Assembly: GCA_026770705.1 (NCBI GenBank) | Contig: JANJGN010000042.1 | Coordinates: 2,542,001 to 2,606,000, forward strand | Direction of reading: 5' to 3' | Length of the DNA: 64,000 bases | Origin: Isurus oxyrinchus | Taxonomy: Eukaryota | Part shown: positions 1 to 14,589 of the stretch, piece by piece | How the letters are laid out: each line of letters opens with the position of its first letter | Numbering within the stretch: position 1 is the first letter of the stretch | Notes under the pieces: model-generated | What the model was told of the DNA's origin: nothing | The model's database searches: none | What the model saw: only the letters and a program-made list of their open reading frames with translations | Made by a program: the position numbers and the translations under genes

Positions 1-1440
1 TACAACCTCATATCCCTCACATGGGAAGGGGACTGCATGCTGAGGGAGCTCAGGAATGCTCTGATTATGAGTCTACTCAAGAAGGGAGACAAGTCTGATT
101 GCAGTAACCTGAAAGGAGCCCCTTTGCTGTCTTCCAGAGGGAAGATTATTGCAAGCATCCTCCTTAGTCACAAACTTACCATGACCACAGAGCTCTTTAC
201 AGAGGCGCAGTGACATTTTCTGCCATCGAGAGGCACCATGATGTTCACTGTGTGGCAAATCAATGAGAAATGCCACAAGCAGCAGCAACAGCTGCACACG
301 GCCTTGCTCCGCATCACAAATGCCTTTTCCTCTGCTGACGATTAAGACATATGGAGTATCCCCTCAAATTTGGTGCCGTCAGAAATTTTTCACCATCCTC
401 CATCTGTTCCACAATGGATTGCAAGCCCTGATCCTCACCAGCGGAACCATCACGGACCCCACCTCTGTGAAAACTGGGTAAGACAGGCTTGTGTAACCGC
501 ACCAACCCTCTCCTCATTGTTTTCTCTATGTAATAGTTCACCTCACCTCCAGAGGATTACCCACAGGTTGGAGATAATCTAGCAAGCAGACAGGAAACTG
601 TTGATCCTACACCACCTTCAATCCAAAACCAAAATCTCCCAGCATCATTCATTGAGCTTCAGTAATCTTCTGGTTCTTGTGTGCACCCTGACTGAAAACT
701 GAGCTCCAGGTCATTGCTGACAACTTCTTTGAAGGATATGAAAATATTGGCTTTCCATTAAACACCCAGAAAGATAAGACTCACTTCCAAACAGCCCCCA
801 GACCACAAAACCTCCCCCATTGGCAAGATCCTGAAAATGTGGATCTTCTTCAATACCTTCGGAGACTCCTCTCTAGGAAGGCAGAAATAGGCAACAAAAC
901 TCATCATCGAGTCTAATGCAGAGGGCCAGCCTTTGGCCGACAGACGATCACGGTATTTGAGGATTAGAATTCCAAACCCAAGTCTCTGGCCATGGTATAC
1001 TGGGCAGCAGTGATCTCCAAGCACCTAAATGCTTCTGAGCCTTGGACAACGTCGAGTAGGCACCTCTAAGTTCTGAAGAATTAATACCAGCAGTGCCATT
1101 AGAAGGTTCTACAAACCCAATGTAGGAAAGGCAGTCAAACAGCAGTGTCCTCTCTCAAACCAACATGCCCAACAGAGAGACCCTCATCACTCAATAGAGG
1201 CTCTGCTGGGTGGAACATATGGTTCGTATGCTGAACACAAAACTCCCAAAGTCATTAATCCACTTGGAACTCTGTCTCGGCAGGAGGCAAATAGAGTGCT
1301 TGAGGGATGTGCTCAAAGCATCCCAGAAATATTCGAACATATCTGCCAGTTCATGGGGGTCCCTAGTTTGTGGCTGACCAAAATCAAAGAAGCTTACTGA
1401 GGAAGGCTGATGTCCACTAATATCCTTCAGGGGAGTCATG
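1..1440 (+). mobile_element. Decayed RTE-clade LINE ORF fragment
   Basis: Frameshifted remnants of RT motifs (CGFR..RGT.DM.F..RQ..EKC-like near 205-275; ETWT..RFHQ.CL..IL-like near 1030-1120); many stops. Approximate boundaries. Confidence 0.55.
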
Positions 1441-1449
1441 CCAGGGTCA

Positions 1450-1750
1450 CTCAGCTCCTGATCCCATTACAGCCTTGGTCTAAACATGGACAAATGAGCT
1501 AAAATCTAAAGTTGAGGTGAAAGTAACAGCCTTTGATATGAAGGCAGCATCTGTCAGAGTGTGGCATCAAGGAGTCTTAGCAAAACTGGAGTCAATGGGA
1601 ATCAGGGGGGAAACTCTCTGTTGGTCAGTGTCATCTGTAACACAGACGAAGCTGGTTGTGGTTGTTGGAGAATTAATCATCTCAGTTATCCAAAACATCA
1701 CTGCAGTTGTTAATTAGAGTAATGCCATAGGTCCAACCATCTTTAGCAGT
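1450..1750 (+). mobile_element. LINE RT fragment (CR1/L2 group), same family as 21330-23190
   Basis: ORF 1517-1717 AFDMKAASVRVWHQGVLAKLESMGIRG parallels ORF 22111-22479 ALHIKVVFDTLWHQGALATLQSMAIRG. Confidence 0.6.
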
Positions 1751-3797
1751 GTCTGCAGATGGCGCATTGGGCTTAACAGCCAAATCAGAACATATTGAAG
1801 TGGCATAGCAGCATGTCATCCTCGATCCTGAGGGAATGCCTAAGAAGAAGGAGACAGTCTCTAGATGAATTTAAACCGAGACAGAACATCGTGCAGTGAT
1901 TACTGATTCAGGTTCTAGATTAATCTGTACGTCTATTACAGAAACAGGGGTGAGATTGGTATTAACTAAAATAGAGTCTAGTGCAGTAATAACTTAACAG
2001 ATCTTAAGTATTATAAGCGGAGTAGGGGCATTGTGCAGTAATTATAGATACAGTACCTCGATTACTATAAACTGAGATAGGGCCTATTACAGTGAATGCT
2101 GATACAGGGCTTAGAATAAAACAACCTGAGACAGCATCTACTACAGTGATTACAGACACAGGGCCTAGATTTATATAAACGGAGACAGGGTTTGTTAGCG
2201 TAATTTCTGATACAGTGCCTCGGTTAATATAAGCTCAGACAGGGCCTTTTACATTGATTACTGATACAGGGCCGAGATTAATTTAAGCTACGACTGGATC
2301 TATTACAGAGAGTACTGATGCAAGGTAAAGATTCATATAAACTGAGGCAGGGTCTATTACAGTGATTCCTGATACAGGGTCTATATTCATATAAACTGAG
2401 ACAGGGTCAATCACAATGCTTATTGATACAGGCTCTAAATAAATATTGGCTGTGGGCAGGGTTTATTACAGTAATTACCAATACAATGTCTGTATTAATA
2501 TAAAAAGAGACGTGGTCTATCACAGTGATTACTGATACAAGGTCTGTATTAATATAAAGTCTATTACACTGATTATTGATACAAGGTATGGATTGATATC
2601 AGCTGAGGCTGTGCTTATCATGGTGACTACTCACACAAGTTTTGGATTAACATAAACTGAGACAGGGTCTATTACAATAATTACCAATACAATTCCTGTA
2701 TTAATATTAACTGACACAGGGTCTATTACAGAGATAACTGATACAAGCTATGAATACACATCAACTGAGGCAGGATCTATTACAGTAATTCTGACACAAA
2801 GAATGGATTCATACCAACTGAGAAACCATCTATTACAGTTGTCACTGATGCATTGTCTACGTTAGTATAAGCTGAGACGGGGTCTGTCACAGTTATTAAT
2901 GATCAATGGTCTAGATTAATATGAACTTAGACAAGGTATATTACAGTGATTACTGATACAAATTATGTATTAATACAAACTGAGAAAGGGTCTATTACAA
3001 TGATTACTGATACAAGTATGGATTCATATCAACTAATACAGGGCCGATTACAGTGATTACTGAAACAGGGTCTGGATTAATATAAACAGAGACAAGATCT
3101 ATTAAAGTGATTACTGATATATGGTATGGATTAGAATAACCTGACAGGGCCTGTTGCAATGATTACTAATACCGGGTCTAGATTAATATAAACAGAGACA
3201 GGGTCTATTACAGTGATTACCAATACAAGATATGGATTGATATAAACTAAGTCAGAGTCAGCTTCAGTGATTACTGATGCAAGGTATGGATTAATAGCAA
3301 ATGAGACAGGGTCTGTAACAGGGATTACTGTTACACTATATGGACTGATGTAAACTGAGACAGGGTCTTTTACAGTGATTACTGAGACAATGTCTGCATT
3401 AATATAAACTGAGATAGGGACTATTACAGTGATTTATGATACAAGTATGGATTAATTTCAACAGAGTCAGGGTCATTACAGTGAATAATGATACAGGGTC
3501 TAGATGAATATAAACTGACACAGGGTCTCTTACACTGATTACTGATGCAAAGTATGGATTAACAAAAATACCAGACAGGGTTTATTACAGCGATTATTGA
3601 TGCATTGTTTGGATTAAAATAAATGGAGACAGAGTATATTACAGTAATTATCAGTACAATGTCTTTATTAATATTAACTGGGACAGGGTCTATTACAGTG
3701 ATTACTGATACAAGGCCTGGATTAATATAAAATGAGACAGGGTCTATTACAGTGATTACTGAAGCAAGGTATGGATTAATCACAACTGAGTCAGGGT

Positions 3798-3903
3798 TCA
3801 AGTTCTGTCGAAGGGTCATGAGGACTCGAAACGTCAACTCTTTTCTTCTCCGCCGATGCTGCCAGACCTGCTGAGTTTTTCCAGGTAATTCTGTTTTTGT
3901 TTT
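3798..3903 (+). mobile_element. 106-bp solo 3' module of the Penelope-like element (hammerhead motif + tail) inserted in the satellite
   Basis: Matches 59635-59740; the paralogous empty site GAGTCAGGGT|CCAATACAGTG is at 4706-4726. Confidence 0.9.
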
Positions 3904-6900
3904 CCATTACAGTGATTAATGATACAGGGTTTGGCTGAATATAAACTGAGGCAGTGACTATTACAGTGATTAGCAATGCAATGTATGGATTAATATCAAC
4001 TGAGTCAGGGCCCATTACAGTGATTACTGATACAGGGTTTGGCTGAATATAAACTGAGGCAGGGACTATTACAGCGATTAGCAATGCAATGTATGGATTA
4101 ATATCAACTGAGACAGGGCCCATTACAGTGATCACTGATATGGGGTCTAGATCAATATAAACTGAGGCAGGGATTATTACAGTGATTACCAGTGCAAGGT
4201 ATGGATTAATATAAACGGAGTCATGGTATGTTACAGTGATTACTGATACAAGGAATGGATTCATGTCAACTGAGACAAGCTCGATTACAGTGATGACTGA
4301 TGCAATGTCTGGGTTAATATAAACTTGGACAGGGTACATTCGAGTGATTACTGATACATGGCACCGATTACAATTAACTGAGACAGGGTCTGTTACATTT
4401 ATCAATGATAATTGGTCTAAATGAATATAAACTGAGACAGGGTCTCTTCCAGTGATTACTGATGCAAGGTATGGATTGATAAAAAAAATGAGACAGGGTT
4501 TATTACAGCGATTATTGATGCATTGTATGGATTAAAAGAAACTGAGACAGAGTATACTACAGTAATTACCAATACAATGTCCTTATTAATATTAACTGAG
4601 ACAGGATCTATTACAGTGATTACTGATACAAGGCCTGGATTAATATAAAATGAGACAGGGTCTATTACTGTTATTACCGATGCAAGGTATGAATTAATCA
4701 TAACTGAGTCAGGGTCCAATACAGTGATTACTGATATAGGGTCTAGATGAATATAAACTGAGGCAGGAACTATTACAGCGATTAGCAATGCAATGTATGG
4801 ATTAACATAAACTAAGACAGGGTCTCTAACAGTGGTTACTGAAACAAGGTCTGTATTAATATAAACTGAGACAGAGTCTATTACTGTGATTAATGATACA
4901 AGGTATGGATTAATATCAACTGAGTCAGGGCCCATTACAGAGATTACTGATATAGGGTCTAGATCAATATAAACTGAAGCACGAAATATTTCCGTGATTA
5001 CCGGTGCATGGTATGGATTAATATAAACTGAGTCATGGTATGTTACAGTGATTACTGATTCAAGGAATGGATTCATATCAACTGAGACAAGATCTATTAC
5101 AGTGATCACTGATGCAATGTCTGGGTTAATATAAACTTAGACAGGGTATATTCGAGTGATTACTGATACACGGTACCGATTACAATTAACTGAGACAGGG
5201 TCTGTTACATTTATTAATGATAAATGGTCTAGATTAATATAAACTGAGACAGGGTCTCTTCCAGTGATTACTGATACAGGGTATGGATTAATATAAAGCG
5301 AGACAAAGTCTATTACAATGATTGCCAATACAAGGCTTGGATGGATACAAACATAGTCATTGTCTACTTCAGTGATTACTGATACAAAGTATTGATGAAT
5401 AGCAATTATGACAGGGTCTATTATGGTAATTACTGATACATGGTCTAGAATAGACCCTGAGGCAGGGTCTATATCTGGGTCTATTACAGTGATTACCGAT
5501 ACAGAGTCTAGATTATTATAAATGGAGACAGGGTTAATCACAGTGATTATTGATACAAGATCTACATTAATATAGACTTAGCACTGGGTCTATTACAGTA
5601 ATTGCCAATACAATGTCTATGTTAATATAAACCGAAACATGGTCTATCACAGTGATTACTGAAACAAGGTATGTACTAATATAAACTGAGACAGGGTCTG
5701 TTACAGTGATTACTGATACAAATTATGGATTAATATAAACTGAGACAGGGTCTATTACAATGATTACAGATAAAAGGCATGGATTTGTATCAACTGAGAT
5801 AGGATTTATCACAGTGATTACTGATACAATGTCTGGATTAGCATAAACTGAGACAAGGTCTTTTACTTTGATTACTGATATATGGTACTGATTAACATAA
5901 CTTGAAAGGGCCTGTTACAATGACTACCAATACAGGGTCTAGATTAATATAAACAGAGACATTGACTATTATAGTGATTACCAATACAAGGTTGGATTGA
6001 TATAAATTCATTCAGAGTCTACTTCAATGATTACTGATACAAGGTATTGATTAATATCAACTGAGACAGGGATTTTTATTTTGATTACTGAGACAAGGTC
6101 TGCATTAATATAAACCAAGGCATGGTCTATTACAGTGGTTACTGATACAAGGTGTTGATTAACATCAACTGAGTCAGGGTCAATTTCAGTGATGACTGAT
6201 ACAGGGTCTAGATGAATATAAACTGTGTCAAGGTCTATTGGAGTAATTACTATTACAAGTAATGGATTTACATAAACTGAGACAGGGCGTATTACAGTCG
6301 TTCCTGATGAAGGGTATGGATTAATAAGTTGATGAACAGAGTTTATTGCAGTAATTAGTGATACAAGTAATGGCTTAATATCCACTGAGAAAGGGTGTAT
6401 TACATTAATTACAAACAGCTATGCCTGTATTACTATAAACTGAGAGAGGGTATCTAACAGTTGTTATTGATACAAGGTATGGATTAATAACAACTGAGGC
6501 AGGGTCTATTACAGTGCTTATTAAACACAGTCTAGATTAGTGTAACTGGAGACAGGGTCAATCACAATGATTATTGATACAGAATGTAGGTGAATACAGA
6601 CTAAGGACAGGGCCTATTGCAGTAATTACCAATAGAATGCCTGTCTTAATTAGCAATTACTGATATAAAGTATGGATTAATATCACTGAGACAGAGCTTG
6701 TTATAGTGACTACAGATACAAGCTTTTAGATTAACATAAACTAAGACATGATTTATTATGGTAATTACCAATGCAATGTCTGTGTTAATATAAACTGAGA
6801 CAGTGCCTATTACAGAGCATATTGATGAAAGATATGGATTCACATCAGTTGATAGAGGGTCAGTTAAAGTGATTACTGATACAGCGTCTGGCTTAATATA

Positions 6901-9900
6901 AATTGAGACAGGGTCCATTACAGTGATTACTGATACTAGTTATGGATTAATATAAACTGAGACAAGGCCTATTACAATGATTAATGATATATAGTATGGA
7001 ATAAAATAAACTCAGACAGGGTCTGTTACATTGATTTCTGATACAGGGTCTAGATTAATATAAACTAAGGCAGGGTCCATTAGAATAACTACCAATACGA
7101 GATCTGAATTAATATAAACTGAGACAAGGTATATTACTGTGATTACCAATAGAAGGCCAGTATTGATATAAACTAAGTCAGGGTCAGCATCAATGATTAC
7201 TGATTCAAGGTTTTGATTAATATCAACTGAGACAGGGCCTATTACAATGATTAGTGACACAGGATCAAGATTAATATAAACTGAGAGAAGGCCTAATACA
7301 GTGATTACCGATGCAAGGCATGGATTAATATCAACTGAGATCGGGTCTATTACAGTGATTACTAATACAGGGTCTAGATTAATATAAACTGAAACAGGGT
7401 CTATTACAACGATTATTCAAACAGGGTCTAGATTAATATAAACTGAGTCAGCATCTATTAGACTAATTACTAATTCACAGTCGGTATCAATATGAACTGA
7501 GACAGGGTCTATTACAGTGATTACTGATACAGGGTCTAGATTAATATAAATGGAGACAGTGTCAATCAGAATGATTATTGATATAGGATCTACATTAATA
7601 TGGACTCAGGACAGCGTCTATTTCAGTGAGTAATAATACAACTTATTGATTAATATAAACTGAGACAGGTACTATTACAGTAATTACCAAAGCAATGTCC
7701 GTAATTATATGAACTGAGACAGGGTCTATTACACTGATTACTGATACAATGTCTCTATTAATATAATCTGAGACAGAGTCTATTACAGTGTTTACACTGA
7801 TACAAGATATGGATTCATATTAACTGAGATAGAGGCTATTACAGTGATTCCTGATACAGGGTCTGTATTAATATAAAATGAGACAAGGCCTATTACAGTG
7901 ATTACAGTTATATGGTATGAATTGAAATAAACTGAGACAGGGTCTCTTACAATGCTTACAGATACAGAGTCTGGATTAATTAAAACAGAGGCAGGCTCTA
8001 TTACAGTGGTTGCCAAGAGAAGGCTTTGATGGATCTAAACTGAGTCAGGGTCTACTTCAGTGATTACTGATACAAGGTATTGATTAATTTCAACTGAGAC
8101 AGGGTCTGTTGCAATGATTAATGTTGCAATGCATGGATTGATTTAAACCGAGACAGGGTCTTTTACAGTGATTAATGAGACAAGTTCAGTATTAATATAA
8201 ACTGAGACAGGGTCTCTTTCAGTGGTTACTGATCCAAGGTATGGATTAAAATAAACTGGGACAGTATCTGTTACAGTTCTTACTGATACATGGACTAGAT
8301 TCAGGTAAATAGAGACCATGTCTCTTTCAGTGATTAATAATACAAGGTCTGGATTGATATAAATTGAGACAGAGTCTATTCCCGTCATTATCGAGACTAG
8401 ATCTGTGCTAATATAGATTTAGTCAGCATCTACTTCAGTGATTACTGATACAAGGTATTGAATAATATCACTGAGACAGGGTCTGTTACAGTGGGTATTG
8501 TTAAAATATTTGGATTGATATAAACTGAAATAAGGTCTTTTACTGTCATTAATGATACAAGGCCTGTATTAATATAAAATGAAACATGGTCCATTACAGT
8601 GATTACTGATACAAGGAATGGATTAAAATAAAGTGAGACAAGGTCTGTTAGATTTATTATTGATACATGGTATGGATTATAAGAAACTGAGACAAGGTCT
8701 ATTACAGTGATCACCAATACAAGACCTGGATTGATATAAACTGAGATAGGGTCTATTCCAGCCATTACCGAGACAAGGTCAGTATTGATATAAACTGAGT
8801 CGGGGTCTACTTCAGTGATCACTGATTCAAGGTATTAATTAATAACAACACAGACAGGGTCTGTTCTAGCGATTACTATAACAATGTATGGATTGATATA
8901 AACTGAGTCAGGGTCTTTTACACTGATTACTGAGACAAGGTCTGTGTTAATGTAAAGTGAGACAGGGTTTGCTGATACAAGGTATGGATTAATTTGAACT
9001 GAGGCAGGGCCTATTACAGTGATCATTGATACAGGGTATCAATTTACATAAACTGAGGCAGGGTTTATTACAGTGACTACTGATACAAGTTATTGTTTCA
9101 TATCAACTAAGACAGGGTCTATTGCAGTGATTACTAATGCAGGGTATGGGGATAATATGTACTGAGACAGAGTCAATTACAATGATAACTGATACATGGT
9201 GTGAATTAAGATTAGCAGAGACATGATCTATTACAGTGATTACCAACACAAGGCCTGTATTGATATAAACAGAGCCACAGTCTACTTCAGTGGTCACTGA
9301 TACAATGCATTGATTAATATCAACAGAGACAGGGTCTGTTACACTGATTACTGTTACAATGTATGGATTGAAATAAACTTAAAGAGGGTCTTATACAGTG
9401 ACTAATGATATAATGTCTGCATTAATATAAATGGAGATAGGGTCTCTTTTAGTGGTGACTGATACAAGGCATGGATTAACATCAACTGAGGTAGGGTCTA
9501 TTACAGTAATTACTAATACGGGGCCTAGATTAATATAAAATGAAGGAAGGCCTATTTCAATGATTACTGTTACAATGTATGGATTACTATAGACGTACAG
9601 AGGGTCTATTTCAGTGATTACTATACATGGCCTGTATTAGTATATACTGAGGCAGGGTCTCTTTCAGTGGTTACTGATACAAGGTATGGATTAATATCAA
9701 CTGAGGCAGGATCCATTACAGTGATTACTGATACAAGGCGTGGGTTGGTTAATATAATATGAGACAGAGTCTATTACAGTGTTTACTGATACAAGGTTGG
9801 GCTGGTGTAAATTGAAACAGGGTGTATTACTGCGACTACTAATACAGGGTCTGAATTGATATAATATGATACTGGGTGTAGTACAGTAATTTCTGATGCA

Positions 9901-11204
9901 GGGCCTAGGTTAGTATACACTGAGACAGGGTCCATTACATTGAACACTGATACAAGGTCTGTGTTAATATAAGGAGAGGCAGAATCTCTTTCAGTGATTG
10001 CTGATACAATGTATAGATTAATATCAAGTGAGCCAATGTCTCTTTTAGTGGTTACTGATGCAACATATGGATAATATCAACTGATGCAGGGTCTATTACA
10101 GTGGTTACTGATACAGGGTCTAGATTAATATAAACTGAGACAGGTTCTGTTACAGTGTTAGTGATATAAGGTCTGGACTGGTGTAAACTGAGACAGCATT
10201 TTTTACAGCGACTACTGACACAGGGTCTGTATTGATATAATCTGAAACTCAGTACAGGACAATGATCACTGATACAGTTCTGGATTAATATAAACTGAGA
10301 CTGGGTCTAGTACAATAATTATTGATATAGGTCCTGGATTGATATAAACTGAGGCAGTGACTAGTACAGTAATTGCTAATACATGGTATGGATTAAGATA
10401 AACTGAAAAAGGGTCAATTAATGTGGTTACCGACATAAAGCCTGCATTAATATAAACTGAGAATGGGTTAAATACATTAAGTAATGATACAGGGCCTAGA
10501 TTAATATGAACTGAGACAGGCTTGATTACAGTGATTACTGATAAATGGTCTCAATTAATTTAAACTTATGCAGAGTCTAATACAATGATTACTGATACAG
10601 GGTCCAGGTTAATAAAAACTGAGACAAGGCCTATTGAGGTGATTACCAGTACAATATCTGCATTAATATAAACAGCGACAGTGTCTATTCAAGTGAATAC
10701 TGATACAAGGCATGGATTAAAATAAATGGAGCCAGTGTGTATTACTGTGAATACTGATACAGGTTATGGGTTAATATAAACTGAGACAGGCTCCATTACA
10801 GCATTCACCAATACAATATCGGTGAATATATAAACTGAGAAAGGGTATTTTACAGTGATTATTGATTCAAGGCATGGATTAATATAAACTGCAACTGGGT
10901 GTATTATAGTGATTGCTGATACATGGTATTGATTAACATAAACTGAGACAGGGTCTATTACAGTGATAACCAATACATGGTCTGGGCTGATACTAACTGA
11001 GACAGGGTCTATTCCAGTGATTAACAAGACAAGGTCTATATTGATATAAACTGTGTCAGGATTTTTACAGGGATTACTGATACAAGGTATTGATTACTAT
11101 CAACTGAGGCAGGGTCTCTTATGGTGATTACTAATACAAGGTTTGTATTAATAAAAACTGAGACAGGGTCTCTTTCAGTGCTTACTGATACAAGACGTGG
11201 ATTA

Positions 11205-13215
11205 ATATAAACTGAGACACTGTGAATTACAGTGAATACTGAAACAGGTTATGGGTTATTATAAACTGAGACAGTGTGTATTACAGTGAATACTGATACA
11301 GGTTATGGGTTATTATAAACTGAGGCAGTGTGTATTACAGTGAATACTGATACAGGTTATGGGTTATTATAAACTGAGACAGTGTGTATTACAGTGAATA
11401 CTGAAACAGGTTATGGGTTATTATAATCTGAGGCAGTGTGTATTACAGTGAATACTGAAACAGGTTATGAGTTAATATAAACTGAGACAGTATGTATTAC
11501 AGTGAATACTGAAACAGGTTATGGGTTATTATAAACTGAGACAGTGAGTATTACAGTGAATACTGAATCAGGTTATGGGTTATTATAAACTGAGACAGTG
11601 TGTATTACAATGAATACTGAAACAGGTTATGGGTTATTATAAACTGAGACAGTGTGTATTACAATGAATACTGAAACAGGTTATGAGTTATTATAAACTG
11701 AGACAGTGTGTATTACAGTGAATACTGAAACAGGTTATGAGTTAATATAAGCTGAGACAGTGTGCATTACAGTGAATACTGAAACAGGTTATGGGTTATT
11801 ATAAACTGAGACAGTGTGTATTACAGAGAATACTGAAAGAGGTTATGGGTCATCATAAATTGAGACAGTGTGTATTACAGTGAATACTGAATCAGGTTAT
11901 GGGTTATTATAAACTGAGACAGTGTGTATTACAGTGAATACTGAAACAGGTTATGGGTTATTATAAACTGAGACACTGTGTATTACAATGAATACTGATA
12001 CAGGTTATGAGTTATTATAAACTGAGACAGTGTGTATTACAGTGAATACTGAAACAGGTTATGGGTTATTATAAACTGAGACAGTGTGTATTACAGTGAA
12101 TACTGAAACAGGTTATGGGTTATTATAAACTGAGACAGTGTGTATTACAGTGAATACTGAAACAGGTTATGGGTTATTATAAACTGAGACAGTGTGCATT
12201 ACAGTGAATACTGAAACAGGTTATGGGTTATTATAAACTGAGACAGTGAGTATTACTGTGAATACTGAAACAGGTTATGGGTTATTATAAACTGAGACAA
12301 TGTGTATTACAGTGAATACTGAAACAGGTTATGTGTTATTATAAACTGAGACAGTCTGTATTACAGTGAATACTGAAACAGGTTATGGGTTAATATAAAC
12401 TGAGACAGTGTGTATTACAGTGAATACTGAAACAGTTTTGGGTTATTATAAACTCAGACAGTGTGTATTACAGTGAATACTGAAACAGGTTATGGGTTAT
12501 TATAAACTGAGACAGTGTGTATTACAGTGAATACTGAAACAGGTTATGGGTTATTATAAACTGAGACAGTGTGTATTACAGTGAATACTGAAACAGGTTA
12601 TGGGTTATTATAAACTGAGACAGTCTGTATTACAGTGAATACTGAAACAGGTTATGGGTTAATATAAACTGAGACAGTGTGTATTACAGTGAATACTGAA
12701 ACAGGTTATGGGTTATTATAAACTGAGACAGTGTGTATTACAGTGAATACTGAAACAGGTTATGGGTTATTATAAACTGAGACAGTCTGTATTACAGTGA
12801 ATACTGAAACAGGTTATGGGTTAATATAAACTGAGACAGTGTGTATTACAGTGAATACTGAAACAGGTTATGGGTTATTATAAACTGAGACAGTGTGTAT
12901 TACAGTGAATACTGAAACAGGTTATGGGTTATTATAAACTGAGACAGTCTGTATTACAGTGAATACTGAAACAGGTTATGGGTTAATATAAACTGAGACA
13001 GTGTGTATTACAGTGAATACTGAAACAGGTTATGGGTTATTATAAACTGAGACAGTGTGTATTACAGTGAATACTGAAACAGGTTATGGGTTATTATAAA
13101 CTGAGACAGTCTGTATTACAGTGAATACTGAAACAGGTTATGGGTTAATATAAACTGAGACAGTGTGTATTACAGTGAATACTGAAACAGGTTATGGGTT
13201 ATTATAAACTGAGGC
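11205..13215. repeat. Homogeneous 54-bp sub-array (~37 copies) with a 162-bp higher-order repeat
   Basis: Unit ACTGAGACAGTGTGTATTACAGTGAATACTGAAACAGGTTATGGGTTATTATAA; the CAGTCTGT variant recurs at 12621, 12783, 12945 and 13107. Confidence 0.95.
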
Positions 13216-14396
13216 AGCCTCTATTACAGAAATTACTAATACAATATCTGTATTTATATAAACTGAGAAAGGTTATTTTGCAATGATTATTGATGCAAGG
13301 CCTGGATTAATATAAACTGAGACTGTGTCTATTACAGAGATGACTGATACATGCTATTGATTAACACAAACTGAGACAGGGTCTATTACAGTGATTACCA
13401 ATACAAGTTTTATATTGATATAAAGTGTGTCATGGTTTTTACAGGGATTACTGATACAAGGTATTGATTACTATCAACTGAGACAGGGTCTCTTGCAGTG
13501 ATTACTAATACAATGTTTGCATTAATATAAACTAAGACAGGGTCTCTTTCAGAGGTTACTGATACAAGGTATGGATAATATCCACTTAGGCAGGGTTTAT
13601 TACAGTGATTACTGATACAAAGACTGTATTCATATAAACAGCGGCAGGGTCTAGTGTAGTGATTACTGGTAAACGGCCTGGATTAATATCAACTGCTACA
13701 GAACAGGATTACTTATACTGAGCCCAATTTAATAAAACTGAAGCAGGGCATAAAGCGATAATCTCTGACACAGCACGGAGTGTAAGTCAACCAGGGATAA
13801 ATCTGGTGTGGAAACAATTGATGCAGCGCTTTGTGGCATATTGAGAGGGACAGAGAGTAATGCAGTTATAATTAATGCATAACCTAGTGTAATATACAGA
13901 GAGATAGGGTTTAGTGTTACATCATTAGAAACATCTTACTGTGCAATATAATAAGTGTATTAATTTCGAATTAACATAAGCCCCAGCATCACTGATCCAT
14001 TTGCCAGTGGAACAGCTTCTCCCTAAATATTCAAAAACATCCCTCACACGTTGGACCATTTCTGATAAACCTATCCTAAGATTCTCGTTGAGGAGGAGAA
14101 CAATCACAGTTTTTTGTTGTGCAGAGAGTGAAGGGCAGTGCAAACTTAAGTTCCAGGAAATCTTCTGTCTTGTTACTTCGAAATGAGCATTTAACAATCG
14201 TTGACACTGTTACATGGGGCCAATGGAAATAAAGTGCACTGTTACAACAGAGTCAGGCTAAGACACCGGGCTACAAGGCAACGGATCCCTTACAACTAAA
14301 TTGATGTGCGTAAGACTGGAGCCTGCTCCTGAACTTTATATACATAGAACCAAATGCTATAATTTCAAAATAGCAACTGCAACATGTCCAGTGCCT

Positions 14397-14540
14397 TGCA
14401 TTAGTGGCTCTCATACATGGACAGTAACCACTACTGAACTGAAAACAGGAAGTGCTGGAAAGACTCAGCAGGTCTGGCAGGGTCTGAGGAGAGAGCAACA
14501 GAGTTAACGTTTCGATTCCATGTGAGTTTATTCAGAGCCA
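14397..14540 (-). mobile_element. Older degenerate PLE 3' module with hammerhead remnant
   Basis: ACTCAGCAGGTCTGGCAG...AGAGTTAACGTTTCGATTC parallels 54901-54955. Confidence 0.65.
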
Positions 14541-14589
14541 CAACTGCAGGTTTGAAACATGGTCAGTGGAGTGATCATTCAGATGTGGC

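Larger units (their letters stand above)
1870..13800. repeat. AT-rich tandem satellite, 54-bp unit made of two related 27-bp halves
   Basis: Recurring ACTGAGACAGGGTCTATTACAGTGATT + ACTGATACAAGGTATGGATTAATATAA; degenerate at both ends. Confidence 0.95.

Noticed and set aside
3559-11027. Val/Ile/Pro-rich minus-strand ORFs with 9/18-aa periodicity
   Set aside because: By-product of a 27/54-bp satellite (multiple of 3); frequently interrupted, no gene structure.
11205-13215. CRISPR-like regular array
   Set aside because: Head-to-tail identical units with no unique spacers; eukaryotic context.
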